Positions 23,601-36,900 of a stretch of DNA of 64,000 bases are shown in pieces. Each line of letters begins with the position of its first letter. Position 1 is the stretch's first letter. The stretch lies in assembly GCA_964252035.1 (NCBI GenBank), contig OZ176200.1; one strand, written 5' to 3'. Source of the stretch: Podarcis erhardii. Its lineage: Eukaryota. The notes beneath the pieces were generated by a model, which saw only the letters and a list, made by a program, of their open reading frames with translations, was not told where the DNA came from and did no database searches. A program made the translations under genes and the position numbers.

Positions 23601-26600
23601 AAACAACGAGGAGGAGGAATAAACAAGTGATGGCAGTGCACAGAGGCTGCCTGGTCCAAGGCCTCCCTGCTCTGGATCTGGCCCTGTTTCATGAGGCAGC
23701 TCCCTTATGCGCATGGGTGAAATGCAAGGGGAGAAGCCTACACTGCATCATCCTGCGATCATCAGTGCTCTCAATGCGCCGGCCCTTGTGGAACCAGGTG
23801 ATGGCTGGGTAGGGCAGCCCAGCCACTTGGCACTCAAGCACAGCCTCCTTGGATTCCACCACGTCCAGGTCATGCAGCGGCCGCAGAAAGTCAGGCATGG
23901 TGAAGCGCTCCACTTCGCTCTCCCCTTGTTCTGGCTCCTCGGGGATAGAGGGCATCTTCTCCAGCTTGGAGCTGCAAGGCCAAAAAGGGAGAGGAAAGAG
24001 AGGTCTCAATCAAAGCAGCCAGCCCAGCCACAGGGCTGCCCTGCTCATGGGACTCCACAGCCACAGATATGATAAGTTGGAGGCATCCTATTGGAACAGG
24101 AAAAACCATCTCTGCAGGCAAGCCATGATCAGGTTTCACAGATGCAGACATGGTGGAGAAAAGCCATAGGGGATTTTCTTGCAAACATTCCCCAGGGAAA
24201 ACAAGCAGCAGACAAATGAGGGTTGGGAAGTGCTTCCATTGTTACAGAAGGGAGATCAAGTGATCCCAAAGGAGCTGCGGAAGTATGAAACAAATGTGGA
24301 TTATGGAGTGATTGCAGGGGGAAATAACAGATCAATATCATCCAGTGTGTGGCTGGGAAATGAGGATCCCTAACTACTTGAGTTTGATAGTGACTATACA
24401 GAGATAAGGAACCATGCCAAGAGAAATCAACCAGGCAAAAGCAGCTGGCGAATATATTTCCTCCTGCTTCACAAACAGAAAACTGTAGGTGTATAAGGCA
24501 GGAAATGCCATACTTTCTTGGAGCAGTTTTTGATAGCCATAGGAAAATCTGCTGGTTGTATGAAATAGGTAATATATTGGGTAATAAACTGGGTAATAAT
24601 ATACAGTACCGAACCCAACCCAGTTCAATCGCTTCAGGGTTTTGTCCACGCTTAAAGAGGAATGGAAAAACATTTGCCTTTAACTAAAGTTGAGATGTCT
24701 TTGCAATCAACCCAACAGTTTGGCTCTGGGGAGGGATAATGCTTTTCATTGCCCTGGAATAACCAGATAACTGCCTGTTTGCATGCAGTGCCAGGGATAT
24801 CTGCTATTCTGCTACAACAGATTGACTCTCCCGGTCCTTTTTTATATTACATGTAATCGGTTCAATTGGCCTTAATATAAAATGCCTCTATTTTGTCTGG
24901 CTAATGTCCATCGTTTTAAGCATGCTAATTATAGTTGCTGATGCATTGAAGGATTTGTGCTCTGAAAGAGCATGTGCACTTATAAGACCTGGAACAGGAA
25001 TACAAGAGCGGAGTATGTTGGGAAAGACTGGTAAGGCCACAGGCAAAGCTGATTCTCACAAGAAGACGGCAAGAGCCCTCTGAGAGCGACTGTGTTTGAG
25101 GGCCACTCTGGTTTGGGCAACGAGCCAGGCTGTGACGGGGCCTGCATTCCAGGGAGCTTCCTGTGAGCTTGGGTCAGTGAGAACAGAGGCCGGGTCTGGT
25201 TCTCATGAATACAGAATTACTCCCAGGTTGAGGAGTTTCCCCCTCATATTAGGATTGCCGGGCCGCGGTGGGGAGCAGCTATCACCACTCATATACAAAT
25301 GTCAGTAAGGCAATGCATTTGAAACACAGAAGTTAATATCACAGACAAACAACTTCTAGCTGTTTATTGCCTGACATTAATATGGAACTTGGGGGTGGAG
25401 AGAAGCCACACTGTGTAGTCAAAAGCCAAACAAAACAAACAGCATTTATTCCATGGGTCAGGACTGTTTAAAAATGGCCCAGGCCTTAAATGTGCCCTCC
25501 CCACAAAAAAAGATGCAGTGCCAGGGTACAGTGCAAGCCGAATTAGGAGGCCATGGGTACATTCGCATAAGCAAATTAGCACAGGAAGATAGCTGGTGTC
25601 AGAACATTGGCTGTAAGAAATATTAAAATGCCCACAACTGACTGTGACCCAACACCTAAGGCAAGTGGTAGGGAACTTCAGGCCCAGGGTCCAAATGTGG
25701 CCCTCCAGGTTCTCTACCTGGCCCTTGGGTCTCTCCCCAGACTACTACCACCCCACTCCTCAGGCCCCAAGTGCTTTTCCCCTCTGACTGGAATAAGTTC
25801 CTGAACTGTAGAAATGTCCCTTGCTTGCCTGGAGAGAGGATGGAGAAAGGTGTGTGTTTGGGGATGCAGAGAGAAAGAGAGAGAACACTCTCTGACTTTT
25901 CTGTGGCTGAAACAAAGCCTACTGTAGAAAGGTTACCTACCACCCATGGAACCTTTCACCCCTTGAAAGGTTATCCATGTGCTAATGTGGTCCTTGAGTT
26001 GGAAAAAAGGTTCCCTGCCCCTGATTTAATGGGATATCCTAGGCCCCATCCTCAGCCCTTCCTTTCTCCTCATACTCACATCTGAGAGCTGGTTGCTGGT
26101 CTCGGCTCCTCCACATACAGCTCAGCGGTGCACTCGGCTCGGCCATGTTTGTTGCTGGCGCTCACTCCGTACTGGCCCTCGTCCTCGGAGCTCACGTGCA
26201 GGAGCAGCAGCGAGTACAGCCCGCCGTCCTGCTGTAGGCGCATGGTTTCCCCCTCTTGCACAGGCTGGCCTGCATCAGACACATCTCAGTCAGAGAGGCC
26301 TGGTCCGAAAGCAGGAGGAACCAAGGCAGGCTTTATCCTTAACGAAACCAAGCCTTCCACTGGTTTAGGGCCTGGAACGGGGAGGTGGCATCCCTCTATC
26401 CCTTGGGCCACGATAGGGAACGGAAATAAAGACAGAGAGGCCTTGCCCAGCCCCACCCCAGAAGAGTAGCTATATTGAAATTTATGACATGGGGTAGGTA
26501 GGCCACACTGCCCTACACATGCTAGTTTTGCTACAAATGTGGGAGAGCTCTTTTGCCAGCAACCGGCTCCCAGTCTGAAGAAGAGGGCGGCATCCAGCAC

Positions 26601-27864
26601 AGCTCAGGATCCTGAATAAAAACTTGTAGATCAACTTTGTCATCCAGAGCAGCGGCTGAGTTTGTAGCTGGAAACAGAGTATGCAGAAAGGCCTGCTGTG
26701 CACTTGAGAACTGTAGACACTCCAACAAGACAGTGAAGAGAACACTACAGAGGCATGTACATGGGTGCAACCCCAGCCAAACTCCATAGATACTGAGAGG
26801 TAGGGACTCTGTGCCCAGTCCTTAGGTGGACACATTTGACCATAATCAGATGTGCTGGTTTCAATTCAAGAAGCTGATTGATGGTCTGCCCCTGCCCCCT
26901 CCTCCCAGTTGTCATGGTTTCCAAAAAGGAACGTGGAGTGGGGAGCAGCTTGACCCTGCGGCCTGATCTCTCTGCAACATCAAGGCCACCATGAATAGAT
27001 GGGCACCAATCCCACACTCTATTGTCCTCCCAACCCCCCAAAAGCTGATTTTTGAATTCCCTGTTACCCAGAGCCTCCTGTACTGGGAGATGGAGGCTAT
27101 TACCGAAGCGTGTCCAGGTGACAACTGGTGTGGGTTTGCCGCTGATCTTGCAGTCGAACCGTGCCATCCGCCCCTCCACCACAGCCACGGCCTCCAGCTT
27201 GCGGGTGAAGAGTGGCTGCTGCGAGGGCAAGACCGTCAGCTTGGCGCTGCATGTCAGCTCATCTGCAAGGCACAGCGAAGGGTCAGCTACAGTGGAGGGC
27301 CCTGGATAAATCTTCCCTTCCCTTCTGAAAGCAGCCTCAGTGTCATGGATGGAAGGCACAGTAGGGGAAGCAGCTGGCAGCAGATTGTGTGACTGGACTG
27401 CTATACCCTTGGGCATGGGGCACTTGTGCGAAGTTGTGAGCAAGGGAAACGTTGGGGGCAAAAGAGCAGGAAGGAAGTTCTTTGGGCATAGGGTTGGAGT
27501 TATTAAGGAAGAGGAGAGTTCATAAGCGAATTGCTCCTGCTTCTTTCTGGGCACTGTCTTAAAGCTGACCCTGGCTTCCAATTCTCCTTGTGACCATTAG
27601 ATCCTAATGCTTGGAGGTAGGTTATTTTTATGATTCATTTACTTATTAATGCAATATAATTATTTGCTATTCTTCCTTGTGAAAATTCTTGCTAATCTTT
27701 TGATAACACCTTGAGCCACTTTGGCTAATTTCTTGTGGGAAAGCAGCATACAAATAAGCAGGCGAATGAATGAATTATCCAACTTTTTAAATGGTTCTGC
27801 TCTTCTGCACTGAATGCCACTCTTTCTGATGCACAGAAATGAAACAGGGAAAGGTGTGTGCTTG

Positions 27865-27935
<71 letters not shown>

Positions 27936-30900
27936 ACTGCTTTATCTCCAAACCACAAAAATCCTCAGCTGCTAAATTTCTGTATGTCAGGTTGCTGTTA
28001 TAGGCACAGGATCCAGGCCAGGGTGTGGGTAAGAGGAGAAAGTGGCAACAACCCTCCTTAGAACATTCCTGCAAAAGCTGCCAGCCTCTGTTCAAATCAC
28101 TAAGGTAACAGAATCTAAGCCCTTTTGTATGGGTAGGCGTCAGGTTTGCCAGTTTCCCTCCCCTCCTCTGCAACTCCCTCCAACATCTGTTCATTGGCTT
28201 TGAATCTGTCATCTGACAGGGCCGTCAGAGGATGTACTTGAGCATGTCTGAGACTAGGAGAGAGAGGGAGAATGTAAATAAAAGTCATTTGCCTCCCTAA
28301 TCAGGTTGCCACTACTACTGTACAGGCCTCTCTAATAGTGACAGCCACTGTAGTGTCATCATTACTAAGACACTGGGCACTACCAGTGGGTTTAATTTGC
28401 AAACAGGTTGTTGGCGATAAGTACAACCTGGAAAGGTAAAATTGTATTTTTTGTTGCCAGTGATAAGCACTTCTGGGCAGTGTTGGCTGGTTCCCATTGG
28501 AATTGGTGGGGCATATGGGAAGGAGGCCCAGCAATCAGTGGAGCCAGAGCCAATAACAGGCAGAGTCAGCAAATCCCCCATCATCCTCCCTGCTTCGTTC
28601 TGCAACGGAAACCCTGTTAAGACTAAGGAGGAGGAGACTAAGGAGGAGGAAGCCGACAGACCGTTTTGCCCCCTGGACAAGCAAGACAGTGAGCAGTGGG
28701 GATTGGCTGAGAACAGACTGAGGCTGGCAGCCCAGTGCTCCATTCACCCTATTGGACCAGCCTCCACTGCTTATGGGGATTTTCTCCCTCAGGTGCCAAT
28801 ATAACTTGTCTCGCCTTGCTAAGCTGCTTACACTCAAACAAGGTGCCGTTTTTAAAGCCAGCCCCACCGCTTCTGCCACAAAGCAAGAAAGAGAGGTGAT
28901 TGTGGCAAGAAATGGGTAACAAGCAATGCCATTGCAGGCCCTAACCAATCCCACACCACTTGGGGAATTCTTCCAAGCCACTGAACAGATTCCAAAGGGG
29001 TTTGGGGTGTGTCTGAGGCAAGTGAAATAGGACTGCTCAGCTCCTTTCTCTCATGGAACTCCTGGTCTGGGGCTAGAACTCTGGTGCCTAGCTAAAAGCA
29101 CCAGTGGAGTTCCTTATTGCAACTGTTTGATAGCGGAGTAGCTGTGCATGGCCTTGGGTGCTAGAGGGCACAATGACATAGCATCTGAGCGACAAACAGG
29201 TTCAAGGCTTGGTGCAAACTCTTAAGAGGTATGGCTATCCCCTTCCCTGGAAAAAAAACTGGTGCTTGGATGTCTTCTGCTACATACACACTGTGTCTTT
29301 AAAGCATATTCAAAGCACATCCCAAGGATTCAGGGAACCCTCACAGAGCTACCATTCCCAGTACCCTTAGCAAACTACAGTTCTCAGGATTCTTTGGGTG
29401 AAGGAAATGTGCTTTAAGTATGGTTTGTACACAGCCTTCTTTTCTGAATGTGAACTGTGTGCTCATATGAGCTTAGGGTGGAGGCTTTCCCTTTGCCCAC
29501 TTTTGCAAGCTAGCCGCTCCGCATGTAACCTCTCCACGCACGAAATGACCTTTTCAGCCTGGCCACATAAAAGCAAGCAAGCAGGTCTGTGGAGGTTATT
29601 CTTGGCTGTATTATTTGTCCTGCCAGTTCAGAAGCTCGGTACATACCTAAGGTATAAGGCCTACTATATTAATATATTTCTTTCCTTCTCTGCTGAAGCT
29701 TCTTGTCCCTTAATACAGGTCCAGAAAGCAACTCTCAGCTAGGGACTCAAATCCAGGATTGTAACCCAGAGAGGACTGGCACGGCCACACAGTTGCATCC
29801 TTTACTATACTTCTTGCCCCTTTGACTCCCTGTCCCCCAACCCATAAACTGCCCAGGAATTTATCTCAGCTCACCAGTCTGGAATGTCTTTTTATCTAAC
29901 GCCAACTCAAGTGCACTGTGTTTGAGCACACACTCTACAGTGAAAGCACATTTAAAGCAAATGACTTCACTCTCCCACCAAGAATCCAGGGAACTGTAGT
30001 TTGTTAAAGGTGCTGGGAGTTATAGCTCTATGGGGGTAACCTACAGTTCCTAGAATTATTTGGGGGAAATACATGTGCTTTAAATGTATGGTGGCTACTC
30101 AGCCCTAGATAGCTCTGCATACGAAAGGAAATGGGGAAGCTCTTCTCTGCTCCACACCCTAAAAACAACCAGGTGTCTCTTTGCAGGAGAATTGTAATGA
30201 ACTAGTAGCATAGAAATAAGACTGGCAAGGGAATTCCCACAACATGCCATTATATTTTTTGTGCTGTTTATTTGGTTTTCTGTTGATTGATGTTTGTTCT
30301 GATTAAGCAGGAAACAGCGGGTTTTCCCAGGGAAAGTACAAAAAAGAAACCTCTCAGACCTGTGACTAGAAATCATGGGACAAAGAAAAGTGTGGATTGG
30401 CTCTAACTTGTGCCATTTGGACAGCAGGCTGGACTCTGGTAGCTGCTGCTGTTCACCCTGTACTGGAGTGGTGACATATTTCATGCTGTTAGGCGATTTC
30501 TCCACTCCCACGACCCACTTTGCATGAACACTTTTCGTATTCTTATATTTGTACTCTTTTTATTGAATTTGTTATTGTATTTTAAGTCACTTCAGGATGT
30601 CCATAAGTAAACTAAACTAAATTTGTTCTGCAGTTTCCCCTATCCAATCCAGTTGCCCTTCCCCAGCCTTGATATATATATTTGATTTACTAAATCTGTG
30701 ATGGATACAACACTATACACATCTATTCAGAAACAAGTCCCACAGAGTTTAATGTGTAGGACCTTCTCTCAAATGGGTACATAGACTCATAGAGTTGGAA
30801 GGGACCCAGAGGGTCATTTAGTCCAACCCCCTGCAATGCATGAATATGCAGTTGTCTCTTACAGGAATCAAAACTACAACCTTGGTATTATCAGCACCAC

Positions 30901-33900
30901 ACTCTAACCAACTGAGCTATCCAGCTGAACAAATCTACTCAGAAGAAAGTCCATCAAGTTCAATAGAAAGTGCTCCCAAGTAATGTGCGCCTAGGATTGC
31001 AGTCTCAATGCGTTTTCTAGGTGGCAGGGAAGCAGATAGGGTGAAGTGACGGTTCTTACATTGGTTTAATGAGGCATGCCAGCCCCCAGGGCCTATGGCA
31101 GCAGGCTATTCATGCTTCCTGCTTTAGTATAAGGAATGAATTGTAACACTTTAAACATGTGTGCCTATTTTGAATGGTCAAAAATGGAATCTTAAAACTT
31201 CAGCATCACAGAGACACCATCCCCCCACCCAATTATATCAGTGCAGCGATGACCCTGTTGCAAATAGGGTTGCCAGCTGACCAGAAAAAAACTGAGCCCA
31301 ACCTGCTCTCGTGCCTGTAAGAGCACCTGAATATGGAAGAACAAGCAGGTTAAGGGTTTCAAGGGATGGAGATAAACATCACCTATTTATATATGTTCAT
31401 CACACTGCTATTAAAGGCACTGTTACAATGGTTGGTTGAAGGTGAGCAGCCAGTTACAAGCATCCCCTTCTTGCTCCTGGACCACCTTGACTTCTCCCAG
31501 TGCAGCATTTCCTCCTTCCTTACCTTTAGCTGTGCTAAGCTTGCACGTGTAGATACCACTATCATCCTCATGCACAGAGGTAAGCAGTAGCTTGCACTTG
31601 CGCCCATCGAAATGCATCTTGCACTGGAGCAGAGCAGGCTGGAGCAGGCGCCCCCGCCATAGCCAGTCCACATCCACATCAGGTGGGCCAGACACCAGGC
31701 ACTCGAAGAGAGCTGCATCCCCAGCCCCCACCACCACGTCCTGCAGGGGGGCCAGCACTGCCAAGGACTGGGTCTCAGGGTGCACTGGGGAAAAGGAGGG
31801 GAGGGGGAGGGAGGAGGAAACGGAAAAAAAGAGAGAGAAAGAAAGATGCGTCTCTGAGCAATGGAACAAAAACAGGAAAAGATGCAGGGCACAAGGTGGG
31901 GGAAGCATGTAGTGAGTATTCATGGCTAAGTGAGATTGCCAAGCTGGCCAACATCTTGTTGATTGCCAGCAAGAGTAAAGGGTGCGATCCCTTCCCCATC
32001 CCTACTGTTAAGTGTCATGCAGTACTCCGATTCCTTTGGTTCAATATTCTCATAAGGATAATAATGCTAAGCTAGATTAAACTAGCAATGACTGACTTCA
32101 GTATGCTGAAACTTCACTCATTCCATTTCTGGCTATGTTCAATGCCTATTAGTTTCTTCAATTGTATAAGTATAATGAACAAAAAAACCCTAGGGCTTCT
32201 GCACTCTCCCAGAGTAGCTCTGAGGCATGGCTAACTTTCTACAAGAGCAGCACAACTCACTGGGGGTAACTAATACCATCACCTTGACAAATAACTTTAA
32301 GCTGCTCAAGACGCAAAGGAGGAGGAAGCATATGTATCTTGCACTGCCTGTTCCTCCCCTACATCTCAAACACCCAAAGCCACGATAAATGCTGAATGGA
32401 AAAACCTGATGCAGTAACTCTAGTTCTAGTGCTAAACCAGGATGCAAGACTAAGAACTAAGGGGAAGGAATAAGTTGCTTCCCCCACGGCCCAGGGTCAT
32501 CTTTCCTCCACACATCAGGGAACCAATGGCCTGTAAATTTTGCACACTTCAAACTACCAAGTTAAGACAAATCCGAGCAAATACTTCTGTGTGTACTGTG
32601 TTTAATACTTCAACAAAATACTACTTGAGGCTGGCAACCCGTTAACCACTGCAACCAGGAATGAGTAGCAGGAGAGAGGAAGGCAGCCATATTCAGAAGC
32701 AAATTAAATGTGAATGAAAGAATGATGGGGTGTGGAGAACACAAGAGCAGGATATTGGGGTAAGAAGGGGACGTGGGGAAGAGGGAGACAGGGGTCTGCG
32801 CTAGGAACAAACCACACAGCACTTTTACCAAACGAAACAGACTTTATTTCTTCTACAAAAAAGGGGTTCACTGTAGCCCAGCCCCTGTGAGACCTTCCCA
32901 GAGCGAGGTGGGCACAATGGTAGTAAGAGACTGCATCCCTGGCCTCCTTCATTAAAGATGCTCCATAGCCCAGCAGGCTCAAGTCTAGTGGGGTGCCATT
33001 ATTTCCCTGAGCCCTCCTCCATCCCACACAACTCAGGGGCAAAGGTCCCTTCCCAGTGAGCTTGTGCTGTCCAGACTTCGTGCAGATAAGGACGCTGCCT
33101 TGCGTAAAGCTGAGCATGTAGACTTCTGCCAAAGACACCTTCGTGGATTTGAGGGAAAGCAAGGCCTAGATTGGGCCTCCTCCTTCCAAAGCTGCCTCAT
33201 TTTAGTGTGTGTGGTCCGTGGGTGAGCAGCACAAGCCTCTAGAGAAGCTGGCCAGGGAGCAGACAAGTTAGTGCTCTGCCCCAGGCCCCTGGAAACAGGA
33301 GTGTGCAAACAGGGGCAAGAAGACATGGACACATGGAAGAAACAGAGAGCACCACACATTGGCCACAGTTCAGGCCAGACAGAAATGGATGCTGGCACAG
33401 GGATTAAACACCATCAGCACCTAGAGGTGTAACGCCTGGGTACAGGCACAGTGCCCACCACTGAGATTATATGCCCTAGAGTGGATCACATGGAGACTCG
33501 ATTGTACAGAGAGGCTTCCTGCCCACGCACTAAGGAGATGCCACAGATTGGTTCAGCTCACGCAGCTAAGGGCAGCCCAGAACTACTCTCCCACCCACAG
33601 TGGCTCACTCCTCCAGCTGCAGCCAGGCCCTGTGGGTCCAGGTGAGTCTCGGCGCTGGCCATCCAGTGGGTGGGGGCAGGAGCCAAGCCTCGCCAGTCTG
33701 GTTTGTTCAGTCAACGCTGGGAGCAGAGGCAACTGCCCAAGTTGTCTGGCTAGAGCGGCCCAGGGGCCAAGCAGTACCTTAGCTCACTCCCCCTGTACAG
33801 ACAAAAACACAGTCAGCAAGCAAAGGGTTAGTGTAGCATGGTGGACACAGAGGCAAAGCACAGACAAATTCACACATGCCTGGCCAAAGCAAAGGGCTTG

Positions 33901-36900
33901 CCTGGCAGATACACAGATGTAGACACTGTCTGGCAAAGCAAAAGAGCAAGCACAGTGCACTTACACACAGACACACACACACTCCCATTTGCCTGACAGT
34001 GTCCCCTTCTTCCCAAGCCAACCAGTCCAACACTGAAGCCAGGCAGAACCCATTATAGGAAGTGTCAGACTCTTCTCCCTTTCTAGGTAAAACATGCCAC
34101 CTGGGAACATTCTGCAGATCCAATGATCCTAGGAACAGACCCTGAAAGTCCTGTTCACTCAGGACCTGAAAACAGCCCTGCCTCTATTTCCCTAAAAGGT
34201 GATGGAATGGGCCAATCAGAGGGATTTGCATTCAGCACAAGGAGGCAGCAAGAGAGGCTGATCAAAGTGGAAAGGGCACCTTTTAAATGGGTGTAGGGGA
34301 AAGAACCAAAAGTCCCGCCAGACTGAGGTAAGCCAATATTGGATATCCCCTCAGCTATCAATGACAGGGAAAAATACAGTGCTGGTTCCTTTCGGCCTGC
34401 TCCAGTTCCTCCCTACACAAATCCACTCAGGCCCATATTAGGCATTATGGGGTCAGGTAACAGAGGCTGAGAAGTGAGCCTCTCCTTTTACTAGATGTAA
34501 CCAGCATGGGGATAGCTTCCCATTTAGGCTCACAGGCACTGGAAAGAGATGCCCATGTGGACAGGAGCTGGTTGCTCCAGTGCCAGTCCTACCATTAAGC
34601 AAAGCGAGGCAGCTACATCAGGCAGGAAATGCTGGGTGGCAACAGCCCCACTACAACCATTCTGCCTGAGTCCTATCAACTAGCCTGCTCTGCGCCCTGT
34701 AAAGCAACCTGCAGCCCTCAGGTACAGTGGAGGATGATGCCCCAGCATCAGTACTGAAGAAGTAATTTTACTGTAAGTAGTCAGATTCTGTACATGGAAT
34801 GGGGAGGCACATCCTGCCTTTTGTCTCAGGCAGCAAAATGCCTGGGGTTGCTCCTTCACCTGGTGGGAGTGACGATGCCTGGCGCATGCCCCATCTGCAC
34901 TATACATTTAAAGCAGTATCATAACACTTAAGCCTTAGCTTCCCTAAACAAAATCCCAGGAAGTGTCATTTATTAAGGGTGCTAAGGGTTGTTACCTCTA
35001 TTCCCCTCACAAAGCAACAGTTCCCAGAGTGGCTTAACGATTGAGCCTCTTCCCGGCCAACTCTGGGAATCATAGCTCTCTTGAGGAGAGTAAGAGTTTC
35101 CAAATACCTCATAGCAACCTTGACAAACTACAGTTCCCAGGATACTCTGAGGGAAGCCAGGGCTGTTTAAAGTGTTTTGAATGTATAATGCAGATGGGCC
35201 CTAGTTTCTGCTGGAAATGAACTGGAAAGAAGGTGGCAGGCCACTGCTGGGACCCAGTTCTGGGTACCACAGGGTGGGGGGGAAGGCAGAACCAAGCCAA
35301 GAAGAAAAAGGCATAGTAGGATTGAGGGATCAGGGAGGAGTGTACTGAGAGCTGGCGGTAAAACTTGCTGCTGCTCATTGTCCCAATGGTTAGTGTGGAA
35401 GCCACTGGCAGAGACAGAGGCTGTCTTTATGGAAATGTGGGAGCAGTACATTGGTATACACAGCCATCAGGCCCTCTCAGTGGGCTCTCTCTCACATCTC
35501 TTTCCTTTCTGAGGCTCACGGTTCCTTTCTCCAAAATTCCACAGCAGCTGCCACTGTTTCAGCTCAAGGTGGGATGGGGGAGTATTGGGAGAACACAGGC
35601 AGTTGGTGCTTGGTTGCTAAGCAACAGCTGAATGCTCTTCTTCCCATCTGGAACAGGCCTCCATAGGGTCTCAAGGCAGTTGCGCTTGCCATGCTCAGGA
35701 GAAGGCAGCTACCTATGGAGGGCTCCTGAGGAGAATGAGCCTAGCCTAGTGCAGGGACGGTCCAACTTTCCCTACCTACTTCAATACGGAACCCGTGGGC
35801 CACACGCTGCCTTGTTGCGCCAGGGTGGGGGAGAGCGAGAGAACAAAATTTGACAACCTCATGCTTGGGCTTTGGGAAGGAGGTGCAATGATTTGGGCAG
35901 TCTCCTAAGGCCCTTACAGCTTCTTCTCAGAGCTGAGAAAGAGCTAACTTTCTGACCCTGTCAGAGCCCTCACACCTCCTTCCCAAAGCCCAGAGCCTTT
36001 GGGAAGGCAGTGCAAGGGCTGGAAGGGTGAGAGGGTGTCAAACGTTGCTAAGGATTGCCAAAAAATGGCCTTGTGTTGGACTGCCCTACTGGCTAGTGGC
36101 TCAGAGCATGCCCACACTACAGCCGTGAACTTGAACTTTCTAATGGTTGCATTTGAGAGCTGAAGAGTAGTGAAGTGGGTGGCCCACTTAGTCCTTTCTT
36201 CTTTGTTTATTCACACACACTGTCCCCACCCACAGCTTTCCCACCAATGGGTGGGTGAAATTTTGAGTGTACAAATAAATGGAATGGAGAAGAATGAAGA
36301 AGCATCCCCTTCCCATTGCTGCTCTTACTAGGGTGCTGTCAAATGACTGGTGCTAATTAGCATTCGCCCTCATTTGTTTACAGGAAGATTAGAGGATGTT
36401 GGCTATTTAATGAACACTCATCCTGATTTGTTTGTGGGAGGTTAAATGATGTTGCATCATTTAAGCAAGAGTTACCCTATACTATCCAGTGTGTTTTCCC
36501 ATCACTTTCCTTATTGGAAAGAGTCCTGTCTTTGGGGGGGTGTAGAGACCTCCCAACCAACTATAATTGTGCAACCTGAATTTCCCAGTATGTGACTGAA
36601 TCCCACCCAAAAATAGACTGGGAGCACTCCTAATCCCAGCATCAAAGGCTGATCTCAATCCCAGCATCATAAGCATCCACTATCCCAAAACGAAGTATCT
36701 CATCTAGCTTGGCCCCATTCTCTCCTTCCAGGGGTCCCCAGTTCTAAGGAGGCAAGTAAAATTCCCAGGATTCTCTAATGAAAGTCATGAATAGTGACAG
36801 TCCAAAACATTTTGGTGCCTGAGGCAGGAAATCCAAATCTATTGATTAATTAATTTGCTGCTTTTTAACATTACTTAATAGCTGCTACCAGAGGTGGCAC

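Noticed and set aside
24557-25297. ~740-bp segment bounded by TGTAT...ATACA, retaining CpGs, with AATAAA and TATA-like motifs; possible solo LTR
   Set aside because: No 4-6 bp target-site duplication at those ends and no family recognisable by eye; needs a repeat-library search.
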